A DNA stretch of 64,000 nucleotides, taken from Octopus vulgaris. Lineage: Eukaryota. Positions 1 through 13,120 of the stretch are shown piece after piece. How positions within the stretch are numbered: position 1 is the first letter of the stretch; each line of letters begins with the position of its first letter. The DNA lies in contig OX597820.1 in the NCBI GenBank assembly GCA_951406725.2, positions 125,054,001 through 125,118,000 of the forward strand, written 5' to 3'. A program made the translations under genes and the position numbers. The notes under the pieces are model-generated. The model ran no database searches, was not told the origin of the DNA, and was given only the letters and a program-made list of their open reading frames with translations.

Positions 1-16
1 AGCTCACCGCCTTAAA

Positions 17-56
17 AATGATGATGATAATGATGATGATGATGATAATGATGATG

Positions 57-87
<31 letters not shown>

Positions 88-98
88 TAATAATAATA
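17..98. repeat. (GAT)n/(AAT)n microsatellite
   Basis: Direct reading; a similar tract lies at 323-428. Confidence 0.95.
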
Positions 99-100
99 AA

Positions 101-320
101 AATATCCCTTTTCTACTATAGGTACAAATCCTGAAATTTAAGAGGAGGGGCCTGTCAATTAGATTGACTCCAGTACATAAATGCTAATTAATTTATCGAC
201 TCGGAAAGGATGAAAGGCAAAGTCGATCTTGGCGGAATTTGAACTCAGAACGTAGCGGCAGACGAAATACAGCTAAGCATTTCGCCCGTCTTGCTAAGGA
301 TTCTTCCAGCTCAACGCCTT
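101..320 (-). mobile_element. tRNA-derived SINE, family 1 (Nin-DC-like central domain)
   Basis: Minus strand has a tRNA-like head (B box GAGTTCAAATT) then GATCGACTTTGCCTTTCATCCTTTCCGAGTCGATAAA, resembling the Nin-DC SINE core. Same element recurs at 3.7-4.6 kb and 57.8-58.2 kb; the head of another copy is at 1-15. Confidence 0.85.
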
Positions 321-339
321 ATCAATAATAATAATAATA

Positions 340-395
<56 letters not shown>

Positions 396-428
396 AATAA
401 CAAAAACAACAACAACAATAATAATAAC

Positions 429-575
429 ATGACTCAGTGGTTGAAACATGGGGTTCACAATCATGAGGTAATGAGTTCGATTCCCTGACCGGACCGAGCT
501 GTGTGTTGTGTTCTTGTGCAAGACACTTTATTTCACGTTGCCCCATGGCACTCAGCTGTAGAAATGAGTTGTAAC
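429..575 (+). mobile_element. tRNA-derived SINE, family 3 (CORE/Meta-like body), partial
   Basis: A-box-like CAGTGGTT, B box GAGTTCGATTC, then GTTGTGTTCTTGTGCAAGACACTTTA...CACTCAGCTGTAGAAATG, typical of conserved-core SINEs. Confidence 0.65.
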
Positions 576-970
576 GTTACTGGCGCCACAGAAACAGTAG
601 GATGTATTTTTCCAGCAGAAATATTCGGAGACAGAAACATTCGAAATCTCAATAGAAAATGCTTATCAAAATCGTTTGTATATTATGCTACAAAGGAACA
701 AATAACAACATATATTACTGAAATTGTGTATATATATGGTTAGCATAGAATCTGCTAAAATCTAAGTAAGCACTGCATGCATATTCCTTCATATACAGTA
801 ACAAAACAAAGCAATAAAAAGATTCTACATTTTCTAAGACTAATAGGTTTACCTCAAAAGAATATAGTTAGGACTTAATAAGTACATAGTATTTGTACTC
901 CAAGGAAGACAACAACAACAAGAACACAACTGTGATTTTAGCATAGCGAAATATCAATCGTGTATACGCC

Positions 971-1024
<54 letters not shown>

Positions 1025-1225
1025 TATAATAAATATATCAATCGTGTATACTTTTTTTACCCCCACTAATTTTTATCGTATGACCCGCTTTTGTCTTGGC
1101 TACGGGTGGAAGGGGCTGGTAAAACTTTCATTCAAACTTTGAATTTCTGGTACTGGTCATGCTTTCTGTCGACACTGAGTTGAGATAATGCCTTCGTATC
1201 TCAAAATTACAATTATTAAATTGTA

Positions 1226-1299
1226 GTATCCGCCGATAAAGTTTGGAATAAATTTTCATTCTTATCCTTAAAACTTGATTTGAAACGTACGTCCGTAGG
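1226..1299 (+). ncRNA. degenerate minimal hammerhead-like motif (Penelope pLTR-type)
   Basis: GAAA-CGTACG-TC at 1282-1293 (palindromic stem III, GUC triplet); upstream core decayed to CCGATAA (1233-1239); stems I and II imperfect; (TA)n about 70 nt downstream. Confidence 0.4.
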
Positions 1300-1365
1300 T
1301 AATTAAATTGTATGATAGATTGCCGTCATTTCATTCTTTCTCTAGTCGTGTTGCCTTTAGTGCTG

Positions 1366-1425
<60 letters not shown>

Positions 1426-1452
1426 AAATAAGCAACAAGTATGACTCCGGTA

Positions 1453-1542
1453 ATTTGGTAAGATCGTTTCTTACTACATCATTTTATTAAATGTTGTATG
1501 TATTACAACAGATTTAAGATGCTGAGCACTCATCAGTCAATT
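1453..1542 (-). ncRNA. degenerate minimal hammerhead motif with long stem II
   Basis: Minus strand: TTGA-CTGATGA-GTGCT..CATC TTAAAT.TGTTGTA/TACAACA TTTAA..GATG TAGTAA-GAAA-CGATCT-TA-CCAA. Intact CUGAUGA and GAAA, nested hairpin for stem II, one mismatch in stem III. Confidence 0.55.
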
Positions 1543-3738
1543 ATAGAGGTTTTCCATTAATACAAACATTTTCAAATCAAGTGGCAACCTTATAGAGAAG
1601 GTAGATACACAGACAAAGATGTGGATTTAAATTTTAAGAACATATGAGGTAGTGAAGTCCTTCCACTGACTGACTAAGATGTGGCTGTCCCTAACTGCTG
1701 TAAGGTTAGAAGCAATAAAGGTTTTTTAATTGTAGAAATGGGGTAAAGGAGGTTTCAGAACTCCATAAAAGGAATTCATGTTGAAGACCGCAATTGCCAC
1801 TAATAAATGCCAATTACTGCTATTTGGTAAGAGAAACTAGGTCAGTGTTTCATATATATATATGCAAACACATACACTCTCATATACATGCAACGAAGAT
1901 AAGAATGGAGAAATTAGCATGTTTAGTTGGTGATTACACCCCATACAATACCGACGGTCGTTTCTGTTGGGTCAACATATGCAAACAGAAGTTAGTGAAA
2001 TCACTACCTCTGGGCTTTAAGGAAATGTATCATGTATTTGTTTCTTGATTGATATTATTAAAGTATAAAGGTGATTTTACATTGAAATGTTCTTACAAAT
2101 ATTGAAAAGCTTTTAAATGTTTCAATTGTAAATAACCCATTCCTTTTCAGATTTAACAATAGGAAATAACCTTCCTAAAAATCTTTACTATACTTAGTAG
2201 ATAGATAACTAATCGTCTTGACGTGGAGTATCTCTGCTTTTAAATGACGTAAAGTAGAGTTCGTATGCTGAATTTTCTTTCTTTTGTTATCTACTAACGT
2301 CATGAAAACTTAAATATTCAATTGGCTTCTCTTAGAATATTATATTTCTTCTTAACTTTGTTTTCAAATGGGTGCATATACTAGAGATATTTATTTTTAG
2401 TTCACTTTAAATTTAGCCAATTTTGGGTTACCTTGATAACGTTAAATTAGCATATGTTTTAGGATATATCAATTTGACTGATATTTTCTGTATCGAAATA
2501 TGATGAAATAACAGAATCGTTCGTCGGTATTGTATGATGTAATTACCAATTTCATGATATCATTTTCTCCATTCTCATTTTTGTCCTCATATACTCCGAC
2601 TTTCTTGTAATTCTTAACGATATTTGGTTAAACGTGTCATACATGTCGAATTAACTTGTACTTGCATTTATTGGAATCTAATTGTAGGATATAGTTAACC
2701 ATGTATGCTTAACACCGACTGCTACTTGGATCATTTAAATTGATATTCGCTTATATGAACGTGTCTAAACAACATTCAGTATGTTCTCGTGATAAATTGT
2801 ATCTATTTAAAAAGTTGAGAAACTCTAACGAATCCATGTATTCAAGGGGCAAGATTTTTTATGTACGTCTTAATTTCAAGAAATACATCTTATCGGTATT
2901 TCTAAGTAGTCCATCAGACACTTAGTGATCTGGTTTATGTCTACTTGGCATTGAATTATTGTAACATTCTTTATATTCCTTGTGTTGTTTTTTTCATGTC
3001 TTCTTTACAAGTGTTTCTTGTTTAAACTTTATCTGCTCAAAAGACAATTAGCGAACGGTCTTGTTTTCAGCTTGATAAATAGAGGAATAAATTATTATTT
3101 CAAGCAGGAAATAATAATTAGATGTATTTACAAGATTTGTGCTTTTTAAAATTTTTTAGTTTAAAGATTACCTTTACTCTTGTTGAAACATCACCACATT
3201 ATATACTTGTTGAAACCTTACCACATAATACACACACACACACACACAAAAACACACACACATATGTATATAAAGGGGTGTATATGTGTATATGTAGATA
3301 TAAAAAGACAGGAAGAGAGAGAGTCTGTAAAACTGTGTACATTAAGCTTACAAAACAAAACTCCAACGTACCCAGAAAATTTTGCCAGCTCATTCATGGT
3401 TCAAAGAAACCTTTTCTTCAGTTAAATTATTGTTGACAAAATCTGCAAATATGGTTTATATATTTTTATTTGAAATCATTTTATTAAATTTCGTTACATA
3501 GTAGTATTTCTCGTTGTCATCGATGCACTAGTTTTTCACATAAATTCTGATCATTATATCAATACTTCAAGAAAAATGAGATTTGTTGGACTTATCAACA
3601 TCATTCGTCGATGTGAAATCTAGAAAAATAATTGTCAAAGATATATTTTTATGATATACACATAATCTACTCCATAAAAATATGTTCTTTATATTACTTG
3701 CTCTTCTTTTCCGTATGGTATATGACATAGCTAACATT

Positions 3739-4602
3739 CGTTTCAAATTTTGTTACAAGGCCAGCAATTTCGAGGGATGGAGTAAGTCGATTTCATGGAG
3801 CCAATGTTCAACTGGTTTATATTTTATCTTTCCCGAAGTGATGAAAGACAAAGTCGACCTCGGCAGAATTGGAACTCAGACAGTAACGACGGATGAAATC
3901 CTGCTAAGCGTTTTGCCGGCGTGCTGACGATTCTGCCAGCCCCGCTGCCTTAGTATAAGATATTAATATTGGTTTCAATTATTGATACAAAGTCAGCTAT
4001 TTCGAGGAGGGTCTAAGTCGATTATATCCATCCTAGTGGTCGAAAGGTACTTATTTTTACCGACCTCGAAAAGATGAAAAGCAAAGTCAATCCCGGTGGA
4101 ATTTCAAGTCGGAAAGTAAAGTCGGAAGAATTTTGCATGTCGTGCTAACGATTTTGCTAGTGTACCTCCGCTGACCTTGCTATATATTGGTGCTAAAGTT
4201 TGGCACAAATCCAGTGATTTAGTGGTAGGAGTAAGTCGATTAAAACTGGTACTTATTTTACGAAGCCCGAAAGTTGACCTCAGCGGAATTTGAGCTCAGA
4301 ACGCAAGTACGGACAAAATACCGCTAAGCATTGTGCCTGGCATGCTAACGATTCTACCAGCTTAGTGCCTTTAAACTTGCTAATATCGGTTTCAAATTTT
4401 AGCACAAAGTTAGCAGTTTCAAAAAAATATAATTTAGTCAGTTATATCTATTTCAGTTTTCGAGTGGTACATATTTTATCGACCCGGAAAAGATGAAAGG
4501 CAAAATTGATACCAGTAGCATTTGAACTCAGAAACAGAAGACAAACGAAATGCTGCTAAGCATTTTAATCTGCGTCCTAACGATTCTGACAGCTGCCGCC
4601 TT
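3739..4602 (-). mobile_element. head-to-tail array of four family-1 SINE copies
   Basis: Copies at about 3739-3952, 3969-4177, 4188-4372 and 4387-4602, each with the AAAGTCGACC..GGCGGAATTTGAACTCAGAA..GCTAACGATTCT pattern. Confidence 0.9.
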
Positions 4603-5126
4603 TGACCTTGTTCATATCAACACATATTAGTAAATATGTATTTTGCATTAAAATGTTATGTTTTTGATAAGCTCCATTCGTCCGTTATCCTAATTTTTCT
4701 TTTGATTAGAAACACAGTATGAATATAAGCTATCGAGAAAGCCATTACATAATTACTCAACTTAGCAGTAAAAGGAGATAAATTTCCCTTAGAGCACGCA
4801 TTGACCAATTTAAAAATAGAAAAAGCTTCGGTACAATGCAGTCAAAGTTACTTGTAGAAATATGTGGCGGTCAATACTGACAGGCCTTTCATGAGATCTC
4901 TGTTTTATCTATCAACTTTGGTCTAAACAAGGGTTGCAGTAAAATTATTGATAAGCTGTTTGTTACAATTCAGTGAATCACATGTTTACATTAAAGGAGC
5001 GTATGAATCGAATATCACAGACGACTTTAGACATGTAACGCACACATGAAACGGCTATAAAATGCTAGAAAACGCAAGTTCGCTGGTAATTCAGTTTAAT
5101 ACATACATACACACACACACACATAC

Positions 5127-5163
<37 letters not shown>

Positions 5164-5165
<2 letters not shown>

Positions 5166-5620
5166 CGCAGGAGTTGCTGTGTAGGAAGTAGCTTGTTGAC
5201 CAACCACATGGTTCCGGATTCAGTTCCACTGCGTGGCACCTTGGGCAAGTGTCTTCTACTATAGCCTCGGGCCGATCAAAGCCTTGTGAGTGGATTTGGT
5301 AGACGGAAACTGAAAGAAGCCCGTCATATATATGTATGTATATATATATATATTTATATATATATATATATATATAATTATATATCTATATATATGCGTG
5401 TGTGTGTTTGTGTGTCTGTCTTTGTCCCGCTAGCATTGCTTGACAACCGATGTTGTTGTGCTTATGTCCCCGTTACTTAGCGGTTCGATAAAATATCCCA
5501 AATAGAATACGTACTGGGCTTACAAAAGAACAAATCCCGGGGTCGAGTTGCTCGATTAAAAGCGGTGCTCCAGCATGGCCGCAGTCAAATGACTGAAAAA
5601 AGTAAAAGAGTAAATGAGTA
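5164..5620 (+). mobile_element. tRNA-derived SINE, family 2, near full length, with internal microsatellite
   Basis: Head GGCGCAGGAG..GGTTCCGGATTCAGTTCC, CORE-like GCACCTTGGGCAAGTGTC, internal (TA)n(TG)n at about 5326-5415, tail GCGGTGCTCCAGCATGGCCGCAGTCAAATGACTGAAA. Several other copies in the window. Confidence 0.88.
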
Positions 5621-5707
5621 ATATATATATATATACGTATTTACATACATGCATACACGCACGCAAGTGCGCGCGTACACATACACATACATATTTATAC
5701 ATATCAT

Positions 5708-5905
5708 TTATGCGTTTCAGTCATTCGACTGCGGCCATGCTGAGGTGTTAACTTGAAAGGTATTGGTGGAGCGAATTGACATCCGGTACTTATTTATTTT
5801 CAGTCGAGTGTTTATTATATCGATCTCAATTACCGAACCGCTAAATTGCGGTGTCATAGACTAACAGAACTCAGATGTCAAGCGATTGTGGGGACAACCA
5901 CAAGC
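5708..5905 (-). mobile_element. family-2 SINE 3' half, inverted relative to the preceding copy
   Basis: TTTCAGTCATTCGACTGCGGCCATGCTG...CCGAACCGCTAA...TGTCAAGCGA is the reverse complement of the family-2 tail. Confidence 0.8.
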
Positions 5906-6441
5906 ACACACACACACACATACACACACATACAGACACACACACACGCGTTATAACATATATGCATAAATGCATAATATATACATACGTTATTTAAGAA
6001 TATAACTAGGACATAATACACATATTTTTCGATATCATGTAAGAAGTCACTCGGAAATTATTGAGACTCACAATAACCTGATCAGGTATCTAATCAACCG
6101 GCAGGTGGCAGGCAACGTCCGCTCTTAAAATTTATATTAAAAAAAACTCATATTCAAAAACAAAGACGATATACATATATTAAGCGTACGTTAAAACCTT
6201 TGTATCAAACTCATCTAGCTATATATCAGTATGGAAGCATACACCAAACGCCTCCATTTTTCGTTACATTCAGAGTATTCACGCCGTGAATCTCAACTTT
6301 ATATTTCTCTAGATTCTCCTAATTCTTTCCACTCATTAATGTAACCTTTTTTAACTCTCTTTCTCACTTCCAGTTTTAATATATCTTACCCATCTCTCTC
6401 TATGTCTGTCGATCTCTCCCTATCTATCTCTATCTATCTCG

Positions 6442-6515
<74 letters not shown>

Positions 6516-7579
6516 GTATGTGTGTGTAAGAATGAGTATATGAATGTATATGTATATATATGTATACATATAAACACGTATGCGTATATATATATATATA
6601 CACATATGCATATACAAACGCACCACACACACAGTGCCTGTGAGATTATGTCTTGCATGATTGTACATAAGTTTGTACATGTGTATATGCACGTACATTT
6701 GAGAACATTCCTTCCCGTACTATTACACTAGAAGGCAGTATGTACGTTACTGACACATTAAGCAAGCAATTTCTTTTGCTTGAATACACCGAAAACAAGT
6801 ATAATTGAACGTCACTTCAGATATTGTTTCACCACATCATCTTGGAACGTTAGTTAGCCTTGAGCAACATCAAAAAGCCTTTAGGTTAAATCCAAATCTG
6901 TTTGTTTGGAGTGTATCGATTTTTTGAACATGTAATTGCCAATTGATTTAACATTATTCTCCGAAAATTCTTTAAAATGTTCTAGAGTAAACAAACATTG
7001 AAGCAGGTGGTAATTTCCTGAACATTCGGGAATTATAAAACTAAATGAACATCTTCCTTCGATTAACATATATGCTGTTTTCTTTGGAAATTTATGGTAA
7101 ATACCTCCCTCAAAAATTTAAGGCTATGCGAATCGACAACGAAAATAAGCGTTGGACACATTTAAGTTTAACGTTGCATAAATACTTGTGAAAGATCTTT
7201 TACAGAATTTATAAATTATATGACAGAATCTTAGAATGAAATAAAAGACAGGTAAATATTTGAATGGAGTTTTGAAATGCATTTGTTCACTAATGACTCT
7301 AGTATTTTAGCTCCAATTCGTATCCATCATAGTTGTTTATTGAAATTACTTTGATAAACACAAACGGAATCATTCCGTTTGACTAAGCCCATATATATAT
7401 ATATCTCCCTTGTTGATTGACGTGAAGTTTCGTTATGCAAATGTTTCCTTTAAGATCATCTGCACTAACTCATTATGAAAAAGAAACCCTATTTGTTCAT
7501 TAGTATCCTATCAGTTATATTCCAAAATGTCTTGCAAACAACTTGCACATGCAAGTGCTAACAGTCGAGAACTGCAGGA

Positions 7580-8200
7580 AGCCAGCAAATGTATTGGAGT
7601 CATCAGGAGTGAATGCGCACCGTTTGGGGGCCTACCTCTCGACGGCATCAATGCTCACCAGCCCCCTCACTGATATGAGGCCCCGCTGCTAGTTTAACTG
7701 GTTATTAAACAAAGCTCACTATTTCGCTAGCCTTTGCTCATCGTCTCTTTTTAACCAAATCCGGCGGTTAGCCTTCTCCGCAGTACATTGGATATCAGAT
7801 TTTACGATGAGTTAAGCCTAATGTTAGCAACAGTCGTCTCACACTGTGTCCAACAAACACTCTGCATTCAACTTCGATTGGAAAATGCTCCATTTTGCAG
7901 CCTGCGTCTTTACATTCCTCGAGGAGGTTTACATGACGGTCAATCTTTCGAGCCCGAGCGGCGCCCATGTTAACTTCATGAGGATCCGTTAACTCGATTA
8001 GATTTACAACTTTCCTTCTTTCACACCACATCAAAATGTCCTGTTTTTTTTCCTAACTGGGATGGGAAAGAATCCCTGGCACCCAGGTAAATCTGCAATC
8101 ACTTCCCAATAGCCGTTCCACTTTTCATCTCTCACACGATGTTCCCTGTTCTTCTTGAAACTGATCCGATTACGTGAGCGCACGAAGGTAACGAAACCTG
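7580..8200 (-). mobile_element. RLE-type non-LTR retrotransposon 3' fragment, HERO-like
   Basis: ORF 7795-8034 has LIELTDPHEVNM..ARARKIDRH..LLEECKDAG...FPIEVECR.FVG (PD-(D/E)xK nuclease region), followed by AEKANRRIWLKR, matching HERO-clade C-termini; frameshifted. Confidence 0.8.
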
Positions 8201-8272
8201 TAGTTGGTACTTTGTATGGTTTATATGAAATATATTAACAATACATTATATTTACTAATGTATAAGCGGCTA

Positions 8273-8404
8273 TGATATCTATTTCAAAATACATTAACTT
8301 CGATTTCGAATCGTTATATACTTTTAATGAAACACGTATGGATATTTTTATGACATTACATTTGCGAATATTATGAGAATAAACTGAAATAGGTTTAATC
8401 TATG

Positions 8405-8460
<56 letters not shown>

Positions 8461-8471
8461 CACACACAGAG

Positions 8472-8521
<50 letters not shown>

Positions 8522-8657
8522 TTTACTATTTTTACTTGTTTCAGTCATTTGATTGCGGCCATGCTGGAGCACCGCCTTTAGTCGAGCAAATCGACCCCAG
8601 GACTAAAGGCGGTGCTCCAGCATAGCCGCAGTCAAATGACTGAAACAAGTAAAAGAG

Positions 8658-8735
<78 letters not shown>

Positions 8736-8902
8736 GTGTGTGTATATATATATATATATATACATATACACACATAGATTAAACCTATTTCAGTTTATTC
8801 TCATAATATTCGCAAATGTAACGTCATAAAATATCCATACGTGTTTCATTAAAATATATAACGATTCGAAATCGAAGTTAATGTATTTTGAAACAGATAT
8901 CA
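8273..8902. repeat. long inverted duplication (about 305-bp arms, 17-nt spacer)
   Basis: 8273-8583 is the reverse complement of 8601-8902, including unique flank, microsatellite and a family-2 SINE tail; about 7 differences outside the microsatellite. Confidence 0.95.
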
Positions 8903-9540
8903 AACGACAGTAGGGCTAATAAATTAGTACGATATGAGTATAATGTTCGGATGGGATGCACTGTGGATTTCATACGACTCTTTGCACTCCGACTTCCAAC
9001 TCCATCCCATGTCAACTTCGTACTTCTTTTTCATCATATCCCATCTCTATTTCAATCCATTTCACTTTCTAATTCTCTTTTTCGATGAAATCGGTTGAGG
9101 TCAGACTAGTTGAAGGTTTGACAAAATGAGGCTCGATAATTGGTTTTCAATTTTCTGAAGAATAAGTTTCACCTTTTTTATAAAGACCAATTATTTATAT
9201 ATTTTAAGTTTTGAAAACATATTCAAAGTTTCCGATGTTGGATATCACTTTCGAAAACTTTATCTTACTATCTGACGCTTTATTCTTATGAAAAACAGAT
9301 CAAGTGCTTCGCAAAATTCTTATAAATACAAGTTCAAATTATTTTAATGAAAGGAGAAAAATTAACCTACAGATTCAGGCAACGTTATATGGTTCCTGAC
9401 AAAATAATTTAACTATCCTCAAAATTAAATGCCTCAAAAGACTTAAATATATACATCTTCCATTTTTACACAAAATTTTCTCTCGCTCAGTAATTTCAGA
9501 TGTCATTTTTTCAAAATATTTATATAATGACATATATGTA

Positions 9541-9571
<31 letters not shown>

Positions 9572-10507
9572 TATATGTATGTATGTATGTATGTATGTAC
9601 ACTCACACGTTGTTGTTTGTGTTTGTGTTTATTATGGAAATTTGTGACTCATTTTTCATTTAGAGAATTTCAACAAATCCGAAACTAAAAGCCATGCACC
9701 GATCGTAAACGTTCGTCTCTAAGTTAAAAGTAGATATTTACAAATATCTGTCTCCTGGTTAAAGCTTAAAGTAAGTTCATAGAAATCCTCTTTACCCTCT
9801 CCATTGTCTTGTGAAGGCCGAATGCCATTTCCGATTTGTGGTATGGGTTCTGTTCCAAATTTCAAAATATTCCGTGAGAGATTTTGATGATTTTCAATCG
9901 TAGGTTTTTAAGACATTCATCTGCCGCATAATGCTTATAGACTTATCCTTTCATGGTGACACCATGTATGTACGTGTAATGCGTGGATAGACACCTTATC
10001 TAAATATCACTAGAAGACAGGCGTGTCATAACTTATTACAGAATGTGACTACATGTGTACTCGTATAGCATACGTAGCGGTATGGTGAGATATAAAATGG
10101 GATAAATGAACTGGAAACGCACGCACATACACACACACATACACACACATATATATATGCTTGTGTAGATATATGCAAGTACACACACACATACACACAA
10201 ACACACACACACAGAAAGATAGATAGACAGATATGAACATATACACACACGCACACTCATACCCACGCATGTATCAGTTTATTGATAAAGCGGTATAACC
10301 TTTCTCTGATTCTGGCTAATGGAATGTTCTTCACATGTCGGAGCTTATCGAAACAACTCATCGCCTACAGGTATTTATTACTCAGGGATTTATGTGTTAC
10401 TGTTAATCTATGTTGCTTGTTATATTAATGACATCAAAATCGTTCACATGTGTAACCCCAAGGGGAAGGTTGTGTCCACATTTACACGCGAGCTAACACA
10501 CATACAT

Positions 10508-10556
<49 letters not shown>

Positions 10557-10579
10557 TGTATATATGTCAGTATTATATA

Positions 10580-10622
<43 letters not shown>

Positions 10623-10676
10623 ATTTACGTATATATACGTGTGTATATATGTATATATATATATATATACGTGTGT

Positions 10677-10710
<34 letters not shown>

Positions 10711-10719
10711 TACATATAT

Positions 10720-10753
<34 letters not shown>

Positions 10754-10786
10754 AGTAGGTGAATGAATTATCCTATGTTTCGAAGT

Positions 10787-10927
10787 CAGCATATTTTTAT
10801 TCCGAAGGAATAAAGGGTGCATTATGCAATCTTCTCATCAGGAAAGAAAAGGAGCCTCTCTCAACAACAATCCTGATGAGAAGATTGCATAATGCACCCT
10901 TTATTCCTTCGGAATAAAAATATGCTG
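10787..10927. repeat. perfect 57-bp inverted repeat, 27-nt spacer
   Basis: 10787-10843 is the exact reverse complement of 10871-10927; pairing extends to 10776/10938 with 2 mismatches. Confidence 0.97.
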
Positions 10928-10955
10928 TTTTCGAAACATTTGTCGAGAGTAAAGG
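10866..10955 (+). ncRNA. type I hammerhead motif (Penelope pLTR-type)
   Basis: TC-CTGATGA-GAAGA..GCATA..TTTATTCC TTC GGAATAAA..TATGC..TTTTC-GAAA-CATTTG-TC-GAGAGTAAAGGA. Full core, extended stem II, GUC triplet; the 5' strand of stem I is short in this arm. Confidence 0.7.
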
Positions 10956-10996
10956 AATTTTGTTAACATCTCCGTTTCGACTCCATTCTTTCATTT

Positions 10997-11056
<60 letters not shown>

Positions 11057-12419
11057 GTTATGTTCAATAACAATTTCATTGTATTTTAATCTCAGCAGTA
11101 ACATTGAACTTGTGTTCAGTCAAATTTGTAACAGAAGATATTTTGGAAACACAATGTATTACATTTCAAATTTGATAAAATTTCCTTTAATAATTGCTTA
11201 CCCTGGCATAATTAAATATATAACTCGAAGCAAATCTAAATTACTAATATTTTATATGAGATTACAATTTCTAAAATGATTATTTAATATTACTGAAACG
11301 TAATATCTGCTGAGAGAGCGACTGTTCTTCACTGAGAAATAATCGATATTTGTCATCATCCACTTATTTTAGATTAATTTATAATAAAATAAAATGTTAA
11401 GCTTTTTCATTCGTGTTTACTGAAATATTTGCAAAATGCTATGTTTATTTAAATCGTAAGTATTAACAACAACGGCCAACCTAATCAACAGTGTCTAATG
11501 TAAAATATAATGGAGTCTTTCTAATTTAGCTGTTTACTTTTCTTTCTTAAGTTAACAATAAATACTAAAAATAAAGAAGTTTTAAATCTTTTCTCGAGAA
11601 GTGGGGAATTGTATAAAGGAAAACTAAATAGTGTTAATAGTGTTATCGTTCTTTTTAACACTATAATAGTGGGTGGATTAAGAAATACTTAAGTATATAG
11701 ACTATCATGCATAGTTTTACTAAAGCTTCAGTGAAATTTATCACTAAAGTAGCACTTGATAATCTTTTATGTCCCATGACCTAATCTCTAGTATAGAATA
11801 CAACTACAAAATCAATCAGTGGAGTATCTATTTTTAATGTCAAAATGATTATCAAACGACGTAGTAGTGAACACTTGAATTACACCTAGTTATCCAGAGG
11901 CGGATACACGGTGGTTACTACACATACTCAAAACGACATTCTTTAATTAGTACTTCCGCTGCTACGAGCTGCGAGCGGCGATGAATGGTATCGCTTGATT
12001 TGGCAGCGATAACAGTCAAATCTTCCTCGAATTGAACTATACCATTTGAAACTAGAACAAGGTCACTTTGTTCGCTTAAATAAATCGCTACTTTGTCTCA
12101 TATGGTAGGACAGACATGGATACCAAGCAGACATACCACAAACCGGCAGGTTGTTTACCTGTCTCTGTAATAAAGATAAGCATTGTCTCGCTCTCACATT
12201 CTTCTCTCTCCCTCTCTTCATCTATTTATCTATCTATCTAACTGTCTGTCTCTCTCTGTTTGTCTGTCAAGCTATTTCACGACAATCATTTCTCCAGCGC
12301 CAGCCTAATGTTTTAACTGAATGTTCCTGGTACGTTTTTTTTTTTTGCTTGGTTTCTTGATTGTGTTTGATTTGATATATATACATATATATGCGTATGT
12401 GTGTGTTTATTATATATAT

Positions 12420-12530
<111 letters not shown>

Positions 12531-13120
12531 CATTGAAGCGGAAAATATCTTCACAAGCTGTTACTTAGAATTTTATGTGACTGTTCGTCGGACACTTGCG
12601 ATGATACTGAATGAAAAGTTGTGTGGGTACATATAATATAACAAAATAAAAACATAATATAATGTAACAGAATATAATATAATACAATGTAATTAATGCG
12701 GTTCAACTAATATGCAATTGAATTTGATTGGATGGCTAATTTCTAAATAGTAACATCGTGGGTTGGCTGCCAGAGTGGGTAAAACTTAAATGGTGGAATG
12801 AACAATAATTAATGATTAAATCGAAAAAGAAAAACCATGTGAAAAAGCGATTAAAAATGAACACAATATATCCAGAAAGAAGAATTGCAAATAATTAAAT
12901 GGGATAATAGGATTGCAAAATTAGATATTTAAAAGTTGAAATTACCAGAAGAGATTATATTAAATGCTATATATGAGAAATCAAATAAACAAGTAATATA
13001 CAATGGCACAAATAATAGAAAAATAAAAAAAAATATACCAATATTAGAAGTAAAAATCAAAAGATGGACAGAGGGGAGGAGGTAGAAGAAATGAAGCAAC
13101 TAAAGGGATAGAAAGAAGAA

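Noticed and set aside
3739-4602. CRISPR-like or prokaryotic repeat array
   Set aside because: Units are about 215-bp diverged SINEs in eukaryotic DNA; no short identical repeats or cas genes.
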